Shown: in pieces, positions 36,367 through 48,421 of the stretch | How the letters are laid out: the number at the start of each line of letters is the position of its first letter | How positions within the stretch are numbered: the first letter of the stretch is position 1 | Source of the DNA: Parasitella parasitica NRRL 2501 | Taxonomy: Eukaryota; Fungi; Mucoromycota | Direction: 5' to 3' | Length of the DNA stretch: 64,000 nt | Assembly: GCA_025201805.1 (NCBI GenBank) | Contig: MU619260.1 | Location: 1 to 64,000 of the forward strand | The notes under the pieces: model-generated | The model's database searches: none | The model's input: only the letters and a program-made list of their open reading frames with translations | Told to the model about the DNA's origin: nothing | Position numbers and translations under genes: made by a program

Positions 36367-38370
36367 AATATGTCTGTTTTTAAGAAGAAAGAAGATTTGA
36401 GTTTTTTGAAATGCAAATGGCTTCGATATTATCATGGGAAACAATCGTCACGGTATGGAATAGAATGCCTGTTTCATTGAAGCAACTGTGCGTAACCATG
36501 CTGTAATATCCGAGATTGTGTAACTAATGTTTTTTTGTGAATAATAAGATAATCCTTTATTTGATAAAATTGTTATGAGTATTTATACTTTAGAGATTCG
36601 GTGATATATATATATTAAGGCATTCGGTTATGGATAATGGGTATGGCTAGCAATGGACTTGATATTGGAAATGGTAAAGATGATTCAGCACGGCCTTTGT
36701 TCTGTATTAAGAAATCGTCTTGGTACACTTATACGCTTACTACACATGCTTGTTTTCAATTGATGAAATCTATTGTATATATGTTATTCAAGTTAGGGTA
36801 AATAGATGTGATAAAATTTGCGTTCATCGTATAAGCAATGATGTTGCGAAAAAAAAAAAAAAAAAAAAAACTAGCTAATAGATACAGTGAATTATGATTT
36901 TATATTATATAACGTTTCATCAAACTTGCTAATCACTACAAAAATGGGCTAGTCGTAGTATTACATAGTTACTTAGCCTTGATGATAAATGCTAAATGCC
37001 TTATGAATGCATATGATACAATGCTTAAGCATATTTCATAGACACTACTCCCCTAATAATGTTCCAACTTTACCATGACGATTATTTCAAAGATCTATAG
37101 TCTTATCAAATAATCAGAGACAAATAGAAAGCAGTAGAAATGTAGGTAGGTTTATTTAACCAAGAATATTTATGATAAATCATGAAAAAAATCTTTTTTT
37201 GCGGATAACTTTTGATAGAGACATTGCCCAGTGGAAAGCAAGTTATGCTCAGATAGCGATGATCATGCCTGTACTTATGGCGCATAAGACAGTGTTTATT
37301 TTGCTGTTTATGGAAGCCTATTATCGATTATATGCTGTGGAATCGATATAAGTTGTTATATGGATTCACGGAAAAAATTATAATAAAAATAAAACAATAA
37401 TGTCAACTTGATAAAGGTATAGGTTTTATTATCAAATCGACAGGTGTATAAAGCTCCCGTTCATCTACTGGCCAGGTAGATAAACCTTTATTTACTTAAA
37501 ACTGTGGATAAATGTTCTACTCTCGCAATTTAACATCTACGACAATACTGTTTAACTAGCATCTTAACTTTGTGCTAACCTACATATCAGCAGGCTCAAG
37601 ATAACTTAAATCTATTTGAGTGAGGAGGTAGACTTTACCCGAGGTACCCTGATCAATCTTCTATACGAAGATTATTAATATCAATCCATAAGCGGATATC
37701 ATTTCTTGTATAGTCTTATCCAATCTATATTAATAATACATGTCTGAGTGTATATCACTTGGTATTCATCTTAGCATATATCGGTATATGTAGCACGTCT
37801 ATAGCATGTCATAAGCATATCTATAGCATTGCACATATTGTACAAGTCTGTAGTACATAATGTATCTGTAGCTAGTACCATGGATATAAGTATATGTCTT
37901 ATAGTGCGTATCTAGAAACTGGGAATACGCATCTGAAGCATAAATCTTTTATAGCATAAGCTCGTAGCATACACTAGATTTAGTAAATGTCTAAGGCTCG
38001 TGTCTAGATATAAGTATAAGTCTATAGCGTCATCCATCCTAATGGTGCCATCTCTAGCTTACATCTTGTATAGTCTAAATCTGTATTGCACATCTTATTA
38101 TTTGTGCGCATATGTAGTCTATATCAATTTAAGGTAACTGGATGAATCTAGAAGTGTAATGCAGATCATCATAGTGAATGTATTTCACATGTGCCCCCTC
38201 CAGTTTTAACGCATGTTGGATAATTCAAAAAATAATTATCAAAACAGTCAAATGATCTGTATTCAGTTCTTAATCATAGGGATGTAATGCATCACACATT
38301 GCTCTCACATAAGGCTCAACTGCAACTGCATTTGCATGTTAAATGCCTATGTCCTTGACTAAGAATCCTA

Positions 38371-38790
38371 TTACTGATTTGTAGTGTTGGGTCTCTTAGC
38401 GCCTCTTTCACTATCGCCATTGCCACGCTTTCGCTTATTGATTGAGTCTTTAGCAGTGTTATCATTTCGAGCCTGTCTTTTCTTTTCAAGCAGTTCATAA
38501 TCCCTAATTTTTGCCCAATACTTACGAATCGTTTCTGGGTTGTTGAATGATGCAGCAGTTTCCCAGGAGTTGGCATTTTCACCAAATGGTTTCCATTTTA
38601 CCAGATACTCTCTGTTGTGTTCAGGACCACGATGCGCTCTAATTTCATCAACCTCAAATACTTCTTGTTCAATAATAGACTCGTCGATAGCTACCAACTT
38701 CAATTCAGAAGGCACATAATCGCGTTGCGTTAAAATAACTGCAACTGCATATAAGCTAGCATCGCATTCAAGATAAAACTTCTTATTCAT
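38371..38790 (-). pseudogene. RNase H N-terminus fused by deletion to integrase C-terminus plus chromodomain
   Basis: FYLECDASLYAVAVILTQ (RNase H start) runs directly into RDYVPSELKLV...FEVDEIRAHRG...EYLVKWKPFGENANSWE (chromodomain). Confidence 0.85.
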
Positions 38791-38860
38791 CTTTGGTTCA
38801 GTCAGTAATGCCTCAGATAATAGGACTTTTTTGATAATTTCAAGTCTCTTGGTGTGCTCA

Positions 38861-39907
38861 TCAGTCTACTTGCTTGTCTTGTTTAGCAGATTTGCATGAA
38901 CCCCAATGATCAATGTCAGAGAGACGTCGCATGTCAACTTTGGATACATGAGGACCTATGACAAAGCCTAACAAATGAATGCTAGATCTAAACCAGGAAC
39001 ACTTTTCAATGCCAATCTTCAAGTTAGCATTGGTAAGTCTTCTCAGAACCTCATTGATCAATTTATAATGAGAACTTAAGCTATCTGACACTAAACACAG
39101 GTCGTCCACATATATTTTCACGTTAGGCATATCAGAGAACAAAATGTTCATGACAGAACTAAAAACCGATGTGATTGGCCTCAATCCAAAGCAGCATCCT
39201 AACCATCTATATGATTTTCCTTTAAAATTAAACAGCAAAACGTCCTTACTTTTTTCTGAAATTTTAAAAGAAAAATATGCGTTTTTTAAGTCAATTTTGG
39301 AAAATATAGTCCCCTTTTGCTTGATACGGGTGAAGAAGTCTTGAATGTTAGGTATTTCAAACTGATTTGTGTTATTTGGCATATGCAGGTTGATTCTACG
39401 AACATCCATGCAAACTCGAATTTTAGTGGGTCTACCATCATTGTCCTTCTTTGCCACTGTAATAAGAGGGCTGTTGAATAAGCCATTAGGTCTACATTGT
39501 TGAACAATTCCTGCATCCAGCCATTCATTCAACTGCTTTTCAATTTCAGGCATAGAATGATGTGCAATAGGATACTGTTTGACATAGTAATTGACATTCT
39601 CTTTGATAGGTATAGTGATTTCAGATTCGGGTACGGTGCAAAATGTTCCAGGCCTGATTTTCTGATTTTCATCGATTGCATCCTGAATACGGCTCATAGA
39701 CTTCAGTTCCTCAGTTTGAGAATCAAAGATTGATGCAGTCTCTGGATTAATAGAGTGCTTTGTATCGAAATTAACATTATCAAAGTCTATGCTCTCAAGT
39801 AAGTCTGATTTTTCATCTTCAGTAAGATTACCAAGATCAGCAAACTTATGTGCAACGCCCGTCAATCCAATACGAAGTCGACTCAACGTGTCTACGCCAA
39901 GTAGCAC
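38861..39907 (-). pseudogene. Gypsy reverse transcriptase (frameshifted at the 3' end)
   Basis: KQYPI, FNSPLITVAKK, IRVCMDVRRIN, FSKIDLKNAYF, CFGL, KIYVDDLCL, KCSWFRSSIHLLGFVI. Confidence 0.92.
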
Positions 39908-40139
39908 GTCAAAATTACCTAAANNNNNNNNNNNNNNNNNNNNNNNNNNNNNNNNNNNNNNNNNNNNNNNNNNNNNNNNNNNNNNNNNNNNNNNNNNNNN
40001 NNNNNNNNNNNNNNNNNNNNNNNNNNNNNNNNNNNNNNNNNNNNNNNNNNNNNNNNNNNNNNNNNNNNNNNNNNNNNNNNNNNNNNNNNNNNNNNNNNNN
40101 NNNNNNNNCCGGTTTTCCTTCTTTGCTCTCTAAAATAAT

Positions 40140-41595
40140 AGGAGTCAGTAACTGAAATGGATTGAAACTTTCATGTTTGTTTTTCATATTAGACTTACAA
40201 GCAAGAGAGGCTTCTTCAGCATCAATCTCGTCGAGAAAAGAGTCAAGTTCTTCCATGTCGATGTCTTCACTCGACTCCAAAGCAATGGTATCTTTTGCAG
40301 TGGCAGTAGTACCATCTGCATTGTTACCATCAGCAGCATTACCATTTCTGGCAACAGGTTGTTCTTTGGTTTGAACAGTATGAACATTAATGTTCTTGTT
40401 TTGAGCCTCTCTCTGTCTTCTCTTCCAATCATAGAACTCGCGACATTTATGACCATATTCGCGAGGCTTTTTGCAATGATCGCAAATGTTGGAAGGTGAA
40501 GACATGGCGTGCGAGCGAACAGGGGCAGCAAAGGTGGCACGGTTGGGCTTGTTATTAGACCCAAAGTTCTTCACACGAGAACGGCAGTCAGCGGCATTGT
40601 GGTTGGAGGCATCACCACCATGCTTGGGGCAGAAGAAGCCAGAGGTCATCATCTTGGCACCTTTGTTGCGGGAGCCACCACCAAAACCGTCAGCCTTGCG
40701 CTTGCCCTTATGAGCACCACCGTGTTCGTCACGCATTTCACAGTTCTGTTCATCTACCAAGAACAGAGGAAGGATGCACTCGTAGATCTCATTGATAGTC
40801 CACTTGTGCTGCGCGTCTCGTCTTACAGCCATCTGATTGATCATCATTTGCTTATTTCTTTTAAGCAAAGTGAACTGATAGAATCTGGCAAGCAGATTGC
40901 TATCAGAAGGGAACCCGCAGTCTTGCACATGCTTTATGAAGGTGTTTGTGTACTCTTGCAGAGTATCGGACTCCTTCATACGCATGCCAAACAGACTTGC
41001 CATGGATTCCTCTGCGCTGTCCAAAGTGCTTGCGAAACAAATCCTTAGCCGACTCCCAGTCTTTCTGCACCAAAAGATGATTGTCGGTCCAGTTCTTATA
41101 CTCAAAGGCCATTGAGAGAGGAACATAGCGTTTCCACACTAAGTTTACATCATTACCGGATGCTTTAACAACGTTTTCAAAAGCGTTGAAAAAATGCTCC
41201 ACCGAAGTAAACCTAGGTTGATCTGGGTAATGCTTTGCTTGACCCATGATCTGGAACTTGGGTATGTCCCTCAAGCTAATGGGCTTGATGGCTTGAACCA
41301 TGGCAGATGTAAGAGTTTTTAAATTCTTCTCATATCATTCGATATCCTCAGATATCTTATCAGCTGCTTTCTTGGCTTCAGGCATGTAATCCCTGCTAGA
41401 AAACATGTAAATGTCTTGCGATTCCTTGCGAGCATCCTTAATCTAAGCCTCTAGACCTGCAACAACAGAAGTCAACGAGTCCTCATTAGTGGCTACTTGA
41501 ACTTGATCAGGATCCATGCGAGAGCCAGCGTCAGAGCCGTCGTTGTGAGTGATAATGTCTTGTTGTTCTTGAGTTACCTTGTTATTTTGAGCCAT
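40140..41595 (-). pseudogene. Gypsy gag with in-frame stops and a frameshift
   Basis: MAQNNK...; LRDIPKFQ...SVEHFFNAFENVV...WKRYVPLSM; Zn-knuckle-like CPKHGGDASNHNAADC and CDHCKKPREYGHKC; stop at 41443 and frameshift near 41020. Confidence 0.8.
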
Positions 41596-42165
41596 GTTGA
41601 GATTTTTTTTAAAAAAGTAAAGCAAAACAAATATAAGCCAAGAAGGAATAGAATTAACAAATGCTTTGGTTGTTTTTTTCAGTTCCATTCCTGTTTGTTA
41701 ATTTCGAGGAGTGGGCGTTAAGCCAGGCACATCTCATTTTCAGAAACTAATTAAGAACACTTAAAAACTTCTTTTTTTTGGTCAGGGAGGTTGTCTTCTA
41801 GTTTTTATTTAAAGTCCTAGAAGTGTGTACCCTGTCATATGGAAGAGGCAAATAAGACTGGTTATAGATGGGATTCAAACTATAGTAAAGTATCAAAGGG
41901 ATTGAGAAGGGAGAGACTCGAGGGAACGATCAATATAAGAGAGTACTGTAGGGGAGAAAACACGTAAAAACTTCAGACAATTATAAGTAAAATATGTGCG
42001 TATAAAACAAAGCATGAAAGGAATGATCATGTATTTTAAATAAAAGCTCCCTTATAAACAGAGTAATGTTGGAAAAGCTTGAAAATCTTGAATTGAATAT
42101 GGTCTAACTAAACAAGGCAATTTTTTAAACTGTACACTCTATTGTATTTGCTAATAATATGTCAA

Positions 42166-42287
42166 CATTGTACATATTGTACAAATCTGTAGTACATAAT
42201 ATATGTGTAGCTAGTTTCATGAATATAAGTATATGTCTTGTAGTGCGTATCTGGGAACAGGGAACACACATCTGAAGTGTAGATCTT
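42166..42287 (+). repeat. LTR-derived direct repeat, copy of 37827-37948
   Basis: Ungapped 122-bp alignment with about 16 mismatches by eye (about 87% identity). Confidence 0.85.
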
Positions 42288-42329
42288 AAATAGTGATCTG
42301 AATGGCTTTTGCAATCACTCCAAGCGGCA

Positions 42330-42482
42330 AACAATAAATTATTATCACAACTTGCATCTTAGCATTTTACTCAATTAAACTTCTATAATATAGTAGTTTC
42401 TGAGAATAGGGCAACATGATTTTTCGAAAGCGGCAATCATTTTTGCCCAAATCGACCTTAGCGACATTTAGCAGCCGCACTG
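42330..42482 (-). mobile_element. Truncated relative of the 12991-13793 Tc1-like element
   Basis: Reverse complement starts TA|CAGTGCGGCTG and contains ATTGCCGCTTTCGAAAAATCATGTTG and TTTAATTGAGTAAAATGCTAAGATG, matching about 13250-13290 and about 13405-13445. Confidence 0.8.
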
Positions 42483-42593
42483 TAAGTTGGCATGCTTGTG
42501 TTTCATGACGAGACGATTGAACATCCGATAACAATGGATTTGCTGTGTTATGCTGTTGATTTAATATACCACGCGTCTCTCTTTTGCACCATC

Positions 42594-43111
42594 ATGCACA
42601 AACGACATTTTAACAATAAAGTCGCCAAAACTACCACCTCGTTTCAAGATACTAGCAAATCAAAAAAGCTTAGGAAACATCCCTTTCAACTAATCGTTTC
42701 GACACTTCCCCAATTAGCAATTTCATTTGCTATTTTATTTTTTACAAGAATTCAATTTCAATCAGACATAAGCGATATTGGGTAAAAACAATCAGATTTC
42801 GTTATCGTTTAAAAAGCACCGAATTAACACATGCTTTTAGAGGAATCACATTTTATATATCCTTGCTGGCAGGCCTCGTCATATGTTGTGTGTTTGCTTT
42901 GTTACAAATTCAAGGTGCCGAGTATAAAAATTGGCAGCAAGATCCTACGATTCGTCAATATATTCAGATAGCTAGTATCAGTGCTGTAGTATCATTTATT
43001 GGATTCAACTTTTCGCTTTGGTCAGTGTTTGGTATCCTAACGCCTGTGCTGATTATGTGTGGCTTTGTGTTTGTATTGTCTATTTTGATAATGATCACCG
43101 CTTTTGTGTAG
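42594..43111 (+). CDS. Small multi-pass membrane protein, TMEM128-like, 2 exons
   Basis: Four hydrophobic segments; C-terminal GFNFSLWSVFGILTPVL resembles the TMEM128 FNIALWxVWSFFTPLL motif; GT-AG intron about 42782-42840. Confidence 0.6.
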
Positions 43112-43215
43112 ATGATTTTGTTATTATTTATAGTACGGAGGATTACTCGTGCTATGGTCTTTAATATATTAAAATTACAAAATAAAATGGATACAGGTTG
43201 ATTGTCTAAAAATAA

Positions 43216-44709
43216 TCATAAATCTGCGTTCTTCGTTTGTCTAGTGCGGGATGCTTTTGTTCATTGTTGCGGAAATTGTACTGACGTCTGATGTGGGCCT
43301 CACAGTAGATCTTATCCTCAAAGACATAATACGTATCGTTTAATCTTTCGCGACATACCTATAATATCAAGTTATTAGTACAGAGAGCAATAATAAGCAC
43401 ACAATACGTACCTCACAGGAAAAGCATTTTGGGTGAAACCTCCATCCTTCTGCTGTGTGGGCACATCTGTTTTCAATGCCTTGATGGCACCGATTGCAAA
43501 GTGAATTGTTCAAGTAGTGATAATGTGTTTTACAATAGGGTTGATTTTCAAAAATGTAAAATGTGTTATCTGGAAATGCGGCATGGCAGATCTAATAAAC
43601 AAGAGTTAGCAAATGATTTTTGTTAGACTAGACTATATGGCATTACCTGACAATTAAAGCAACCAATATGCCATTTCCCTTGCAATTTTCCATCCATAGC
43701 AGAGATGGCTTCCTTTTCAACCGCCTTGTGGCAGGATTGGCATTTTGGCAGAAAGAGCTTTCTGAAATCTGCGTTGCAGTACATACGATTCTTGAATGTT
43801 TTGTAACTGGTATCTGTGTCTTTGAATGTCAGTTTGCAGTGAAAACAGGATTTCGTCATGAACATTTTGGTTTTTGTAGCTTTTGGTGATTGAGGCTGTA
43901 CCTCTAATAATTTAGTTCTGTTTAAATCAGTTAGAAACTTATGATTTTTGTGATATGCAGAAGACGCTAACCTTGATTTCACCACTTGGTAGTCTCGAGC
44001 ACAGTATAGTTTGCCGTTGTATTCACATGCATTTGATATTGTCAATGTCGCTCTACAAAGACTGCAACAGTAGCATGACTGATGATAGCTATATTTGGTA
44101 ATTGGGTCTTTGATGACATTATCACAATGAGCGATAAATTTAGAGCAGTGCTGACACAGATCATCTTTGATACTCATGCTGGTTACCAATTGCCGGAGTG
44201 CTGCTGTTTCTGTAACTGGTTCTGCGAAAGAAAAATTAGATAATTATCTAAAAAATATGGAATGTGCTTACTTTTACAGCTTGCTGATTTCGAGCGAGCC
44301 AAATGGTTATTTCTCTGAGAAGACAACAAGCTCATTTCTGTACATATGGTATTAGCACAATATCTTTAACATACAAGCAGTGTGAATACATACCATGTGT
44401 TAATAAATAATGCTGAAAGAATTCTTCGGATGATCTAGGCGTGGGGATGGTGTTGTTTGAAGAAGTGGATGAAAATAAAGAGAGAGTGGGGGATAGCGGG
44501 CTGTCTGTGCTTTTGTGCTGTTGTTCAGCAACCTTGTTCTTTTGAAATATACGTCTTATGCTGTTGTTTAATGCGTTGGACCTTTCTCTGGATCTCTTTT
44601 GGATGTTTTGAGATGGTAACAATGGAGCTTTTTGATGGTAGTCAAGTATTTCAAACAGTGACGATTGCGAGTGGTCTTGGTTGATGATGGGGGCACTGAT
44701 ATCAGTCAT
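43216..44709 (-). CDS. Multi-LIM-domain (paxillin-like) protein, multi-exon
   Basis: Repeated CxxC...HxxC[YF]xCxxC...YCxxDY LIM patterns (CQHCSK...YHQSCYCCSLC...LYCARDY; CQSCHK...WHIGCFNCQ; FHPKCFSCE...IYCEAH). Confidence 0.88.
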
Positions 44710-44903
44710 AGCTTTTTCTATGTAAATTAATAATGAGAAAGAGAAGTAAATGGTATCTTTGGGATCCATTCAATGAGTTAAATACCTGTCAGTATGAATG
44801 AGGCCATGTACTATAGTAGCTGGAATAACCATTTCAACTCAGCGAGCCTTTGAAAAGCAGATCCTACAGCTAATTATTATTACGTGTTTCCTTTTTCATT
44901 ATC

Positions 44904-46469
44904 ATGGCAGAATCAAAGGCTGTTATTCTCGTGGGTGGCCCTTCTAGAGGCACTCGATTTAGACCTCTTTCTCTCAATTCTCCAAAACCTCTGTTTCCAG
45001 TTGCAGGTCGTCCTATAATATCTCATCATCTTGACGCTTTATCCAAGGTGAAAGGCTTGAAGGAAGTCTTAATTATTGGTTTATTTGAAGACAAGGTGTT
45101 TCTTCCCTATATTGATAATGCTGCTCTCGAGTTTCCTGACTTGAACATTCGGCAAGTACTGTTTAAATACAAAAAAACAGTGTCTAATCCTTTACAACAG
45201 CTATCTTCATGAGTACCAAGCTCTAGGCACGGCTGGTGGTATCTATCATTTCCGCGATGAAATCTTGCGTGGAAACACAAAGCAGTTTTTTGTTATGCAT
45301 ATTGATATTGCCTGCTCCTTTCCCTTAAACGAAATGATTGTTGCTCATGGACGGCATCGAGGTATTTGCACCATGCTGGGCACAAAGGTAACATTTTGCT
45401 TGTACATTCAAAATGTCACACTGACAAAATTAGAAAGGTTCCTGCCAGTGAAGCTACAAAATACGGCTGTCTTGTTGCCAATAATGAGACTAACCAAGTT
45501 CTCCATTATGTCGAGAAGCCAGATACTTTCATCTCGGATTTGATCTCATGTGGCGTCTTTTTGTTCGATATCTCAGTGTTTGGCGAAATGAAAAAGGCAT
45601 TAGACAAGAAGGAAAGCCAGGAACAAGGCGAATTTGTCTCTTCTTCGCATGACGAATTGCGTTTGGAACAAGATATCTTGAGACCTTTGACTGAAAGTAA
45701 CGGCCTTTATGTCCATGTTACTGAGGAATTCTGGAGACAAATCAAGACAGCTGGGTAACAAGCAGTTGGTTTTAAATTATGCACTGGGTTACTTATAAAA
45801 TGCATAGATCTGCTATTTCTGCCAATGCTCTTTATCTCGAAGCTGAGGCGCGTGAGGGCTCAGATCGCTTGGCAAAGAATACATCTAGTGGGCCTGAAAT
45901 TATTGGTGCTGTGTATATTCATCCTTCTGCTCATGTGGATCCTACTGCCAAGGTATAGTGAATTTATACAGCCATTTGTATCATTGCTGACTTGTACGAC
46001 CATCAGATTGGGCCCAATGTATCTATTGGTCCTCGTGTGAAGATCATGGCTGGTGTTCGTGTCAAAGATACTATTCTTTTGGATAATGTGCACATTGGCG
46101 TAAGTTTACCTGTATGGCAAAGCGAAGGATGAACGTTAAACAAAAAAAAACTGTATTAAAAAATAGAGAGCAAGCTGTGTCCTTCATTCGATTATTGGTT
46201 GGAATAGTCGCATTGGTTCATGGGCTCGTGTGGAAGGATGTCCAGTTCATGAAGGAGATAGCTCCATGATGAAGAACGGCGTCAAGAGTCAGAGTATTAC
46301 CATCTTGGGTAAGTGTATTTCCCTTTGTTATATAATGATTTTAACACTAACATGTTTATGGCTTTCAGGTAAGGATGTGTCTGTTATGGATGAAACAATC
46401 ATACGCAATTGCATTGTTTTGCCCCACAAGGAGCTCAAATCCTGTTTCCATAATGAGATCTTGATGTAG
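44904..46469 (+). CDS. GMPPA: Mannose-1-phosphate guanylyltransferase alpha-type subunit, multi-exon
   Basis: KAVILVGGPSRGTRFRPLSL carries the alpha-type 2-residue insertion; PKPLFPVAG, ALGTAGGIYHFRD, HYVEKP, FWRQIKTAG, hexapeptide repeats, C-terminal VLPHKEL...NEILM. Confidence 0.9.
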
Positions 46470-48421
46470 GAAATAGCAATTATGCCTAATTAAATATCAT
46501 TTAATTACAAAGAAATGCGACCTTTGTTTGAATATTTGTTCGAGCCTAGTAGTGCTAAGGCTTCCTTTTCATTGAAACTAGAATTATATACAATGACCAA
46601 GATATGCATCTTTGTAATACAGCATTTGCTATTTCTCTTGTATCAAATTCTCGATCAAATATTTTTTTTAAAAAAAAAATGAGACCATCTTCTACAGTTG
46701 GGCAAAAGTCTGCTTGGCCCTCACCCCCTTAAACAAAAGTTAAAGGATTTATTCAAAGCATTTTCTAGCCCAAAACCAGCAGAAAGAGTCTCTCAAAATT
46801 TGCCATAAAGTTCAAAATCTGCTGATCGCCAAAAGCTTAACTTTTGTTCAGGTACTTTTCGTAAAAAAAAAACAAGGTTAAAGCGTTAGTGTACCACTTG
46901 GGTATATTAGCAATTTTTGCTGCTCTATTGATATGAAGCCTGATTGTGTTGCTACCATTTGATGCGCATTAAAAATTTGTACATGATATTAGAATTAGAC
47001 ACTATAAATGCTTTATAAGATGGATTTGGAGATAAATGCAAGTGATGATAAAATCTTCTTAAATCGGCCAATTTTCAACAGTTCCTTCCAAATTTCTAAA
47101 CAATTTAAATTGTACAGGCAGCAGTAATTCTTTGAGGACGTCAAGCCAAAAATGTGATGTTCAGACGCAATATAGATAAATTTGCAGAAAATATAGATAC
47201 TTGAGCGATTTTATTTGATTCATCACGTATTATAACTTTCGAGAAGGCTGCATTTTACTTTTTAGTTCCTGTTGGATACATTGAAGCTTACTTTCAGGTT
47301 GTAGTTTATATAAAATGGATTCTGTAGCCTCTGATTTTCTAAGCTGAACGATATGTCAAACGAGGAGATACTTGGAAAATAAGTTTTGTATGTTGAGGGT
47401 GATTCAATATTTGGAAATTGAAGTTTTAAGCCTTGGTGAGTGAACTGAGTGTGGTTGCATCCAAAACAGTCAATTCTATTATGAAGAGGAGGCAACAATG
47501 AGGTAATACTACGATTTTGTGAAACTCCTGAAGTGCTTCCAAGACTACTCTGGCTTAAGCCATCTTTTATTTCAAAAGATGGTGCGCTTAGTAAAGTGCG
47601 TAGTGGGATACTAGTTTAGAAAAAATTGTCATATCTTCAACAATAATTTTGAGCTTGTTTGACAGAAGCTGGGTCAAACCCCATAGATCAGACAAGGAAT
47701 ACATTTGACGCTCCGTTAGTGTGGGGTAGTTCAAAAACACAGAACTCTAAACGGAAAATCATTTTGTTTCTTAATATGTATGTGGCACAGAACGAGATTA
47801 GGTTTTGCCGTAGGACAAGACTAAAATGTCGTACGGATTCATTTGCCATGGAATTCGTATTGAAAAATAGCGCGTTTTAGGTCACCTTGCTGTAAACTTA
47901 CTTTTTTCAATGGTTTAAACGTAAATTGTTTACAGAACAAATATGTAAAGGCTATCATATTTTCGTTATGCATTTTCGACTATTTGAGACATGTATTTTG
48001 CATAAATATAAAGTAACAAAAGCTCGGAGCGGGACGGAACGGCGTTATCGTTGAAGATGGTAATGTCAACGTTTAAAAGAACATGGTTTGATTCTGTGTT
48101 TTAGGCCCTCGAGTAAAGACATTTGGTACATTTGTGTCTGAGCTCATATATATATTGAAGATTTGAACATGTTTATAGACGCAAAACTTAATCTTCCTAT
48201 CAATTATTGGAAAGCAATAGCACTATCTCGCTCTCACATGGCCATTGATAAACAAAAACATCATTAGAAGTAGCTGTGTGTAACAAAGAATAAAATGATT
48301 TATTATAAATATTATGGTCTATATAAAAGGGATTTTTTTTTGACATGATGCAAATTTAAATAGCATAAAATACAAGAGAGTGTATGATACAAAGAGGAGG
48401 AAAGGAGGGGAATAATATAGT

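Larger units (their letters stand above)
37827..42287 (-). mobile_element. Degenerate chromodomain-bearing Ty3/Gypsy LTR retrotransposon (minimum extent)
   Basis: gag, RT, RNase H start and chromodomain on the minus strand; polypurine tract CTGGAGGGGGCACA (38203-38190) followed by TGTGAAATAC (3' LTR start at 38189); a 122-bp direct repeat at both ends; N gap 39924-40108 covers the protease region. Outer LTR boundaries and TSD not resolved. Confidence 0.9.

Noticed and set aside
36500-37826. Possible distal boundary of the Gypsy 3' LTR (TG starts at about 36536 or 37141)
   Set aside because: No matching sequence on the 5' side and no TSD, so the boundary cannot be fixed.
39924-40108. ORFs spanning poly-X (also the small gap near 10569-10578)
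   Set aside because: Assembly gaps; frame continuity between gag and pol cannot be judged.
44904-44980. GMPPA insertion in the nucleotidyltransferase signature as a novel pseudoenzyme
   Set aside because: A known property of the alpha (regulatory) subunit family.
46693-46850. TA-CAGTTGGGCAAAAG Tc1-like terminus and a 12-bp internal inverted repeat (AACAAAAGTTAA/TTAACTTTTGTT)
   Set aside because: No matching opposite TIR found in the window; too little to call an element.
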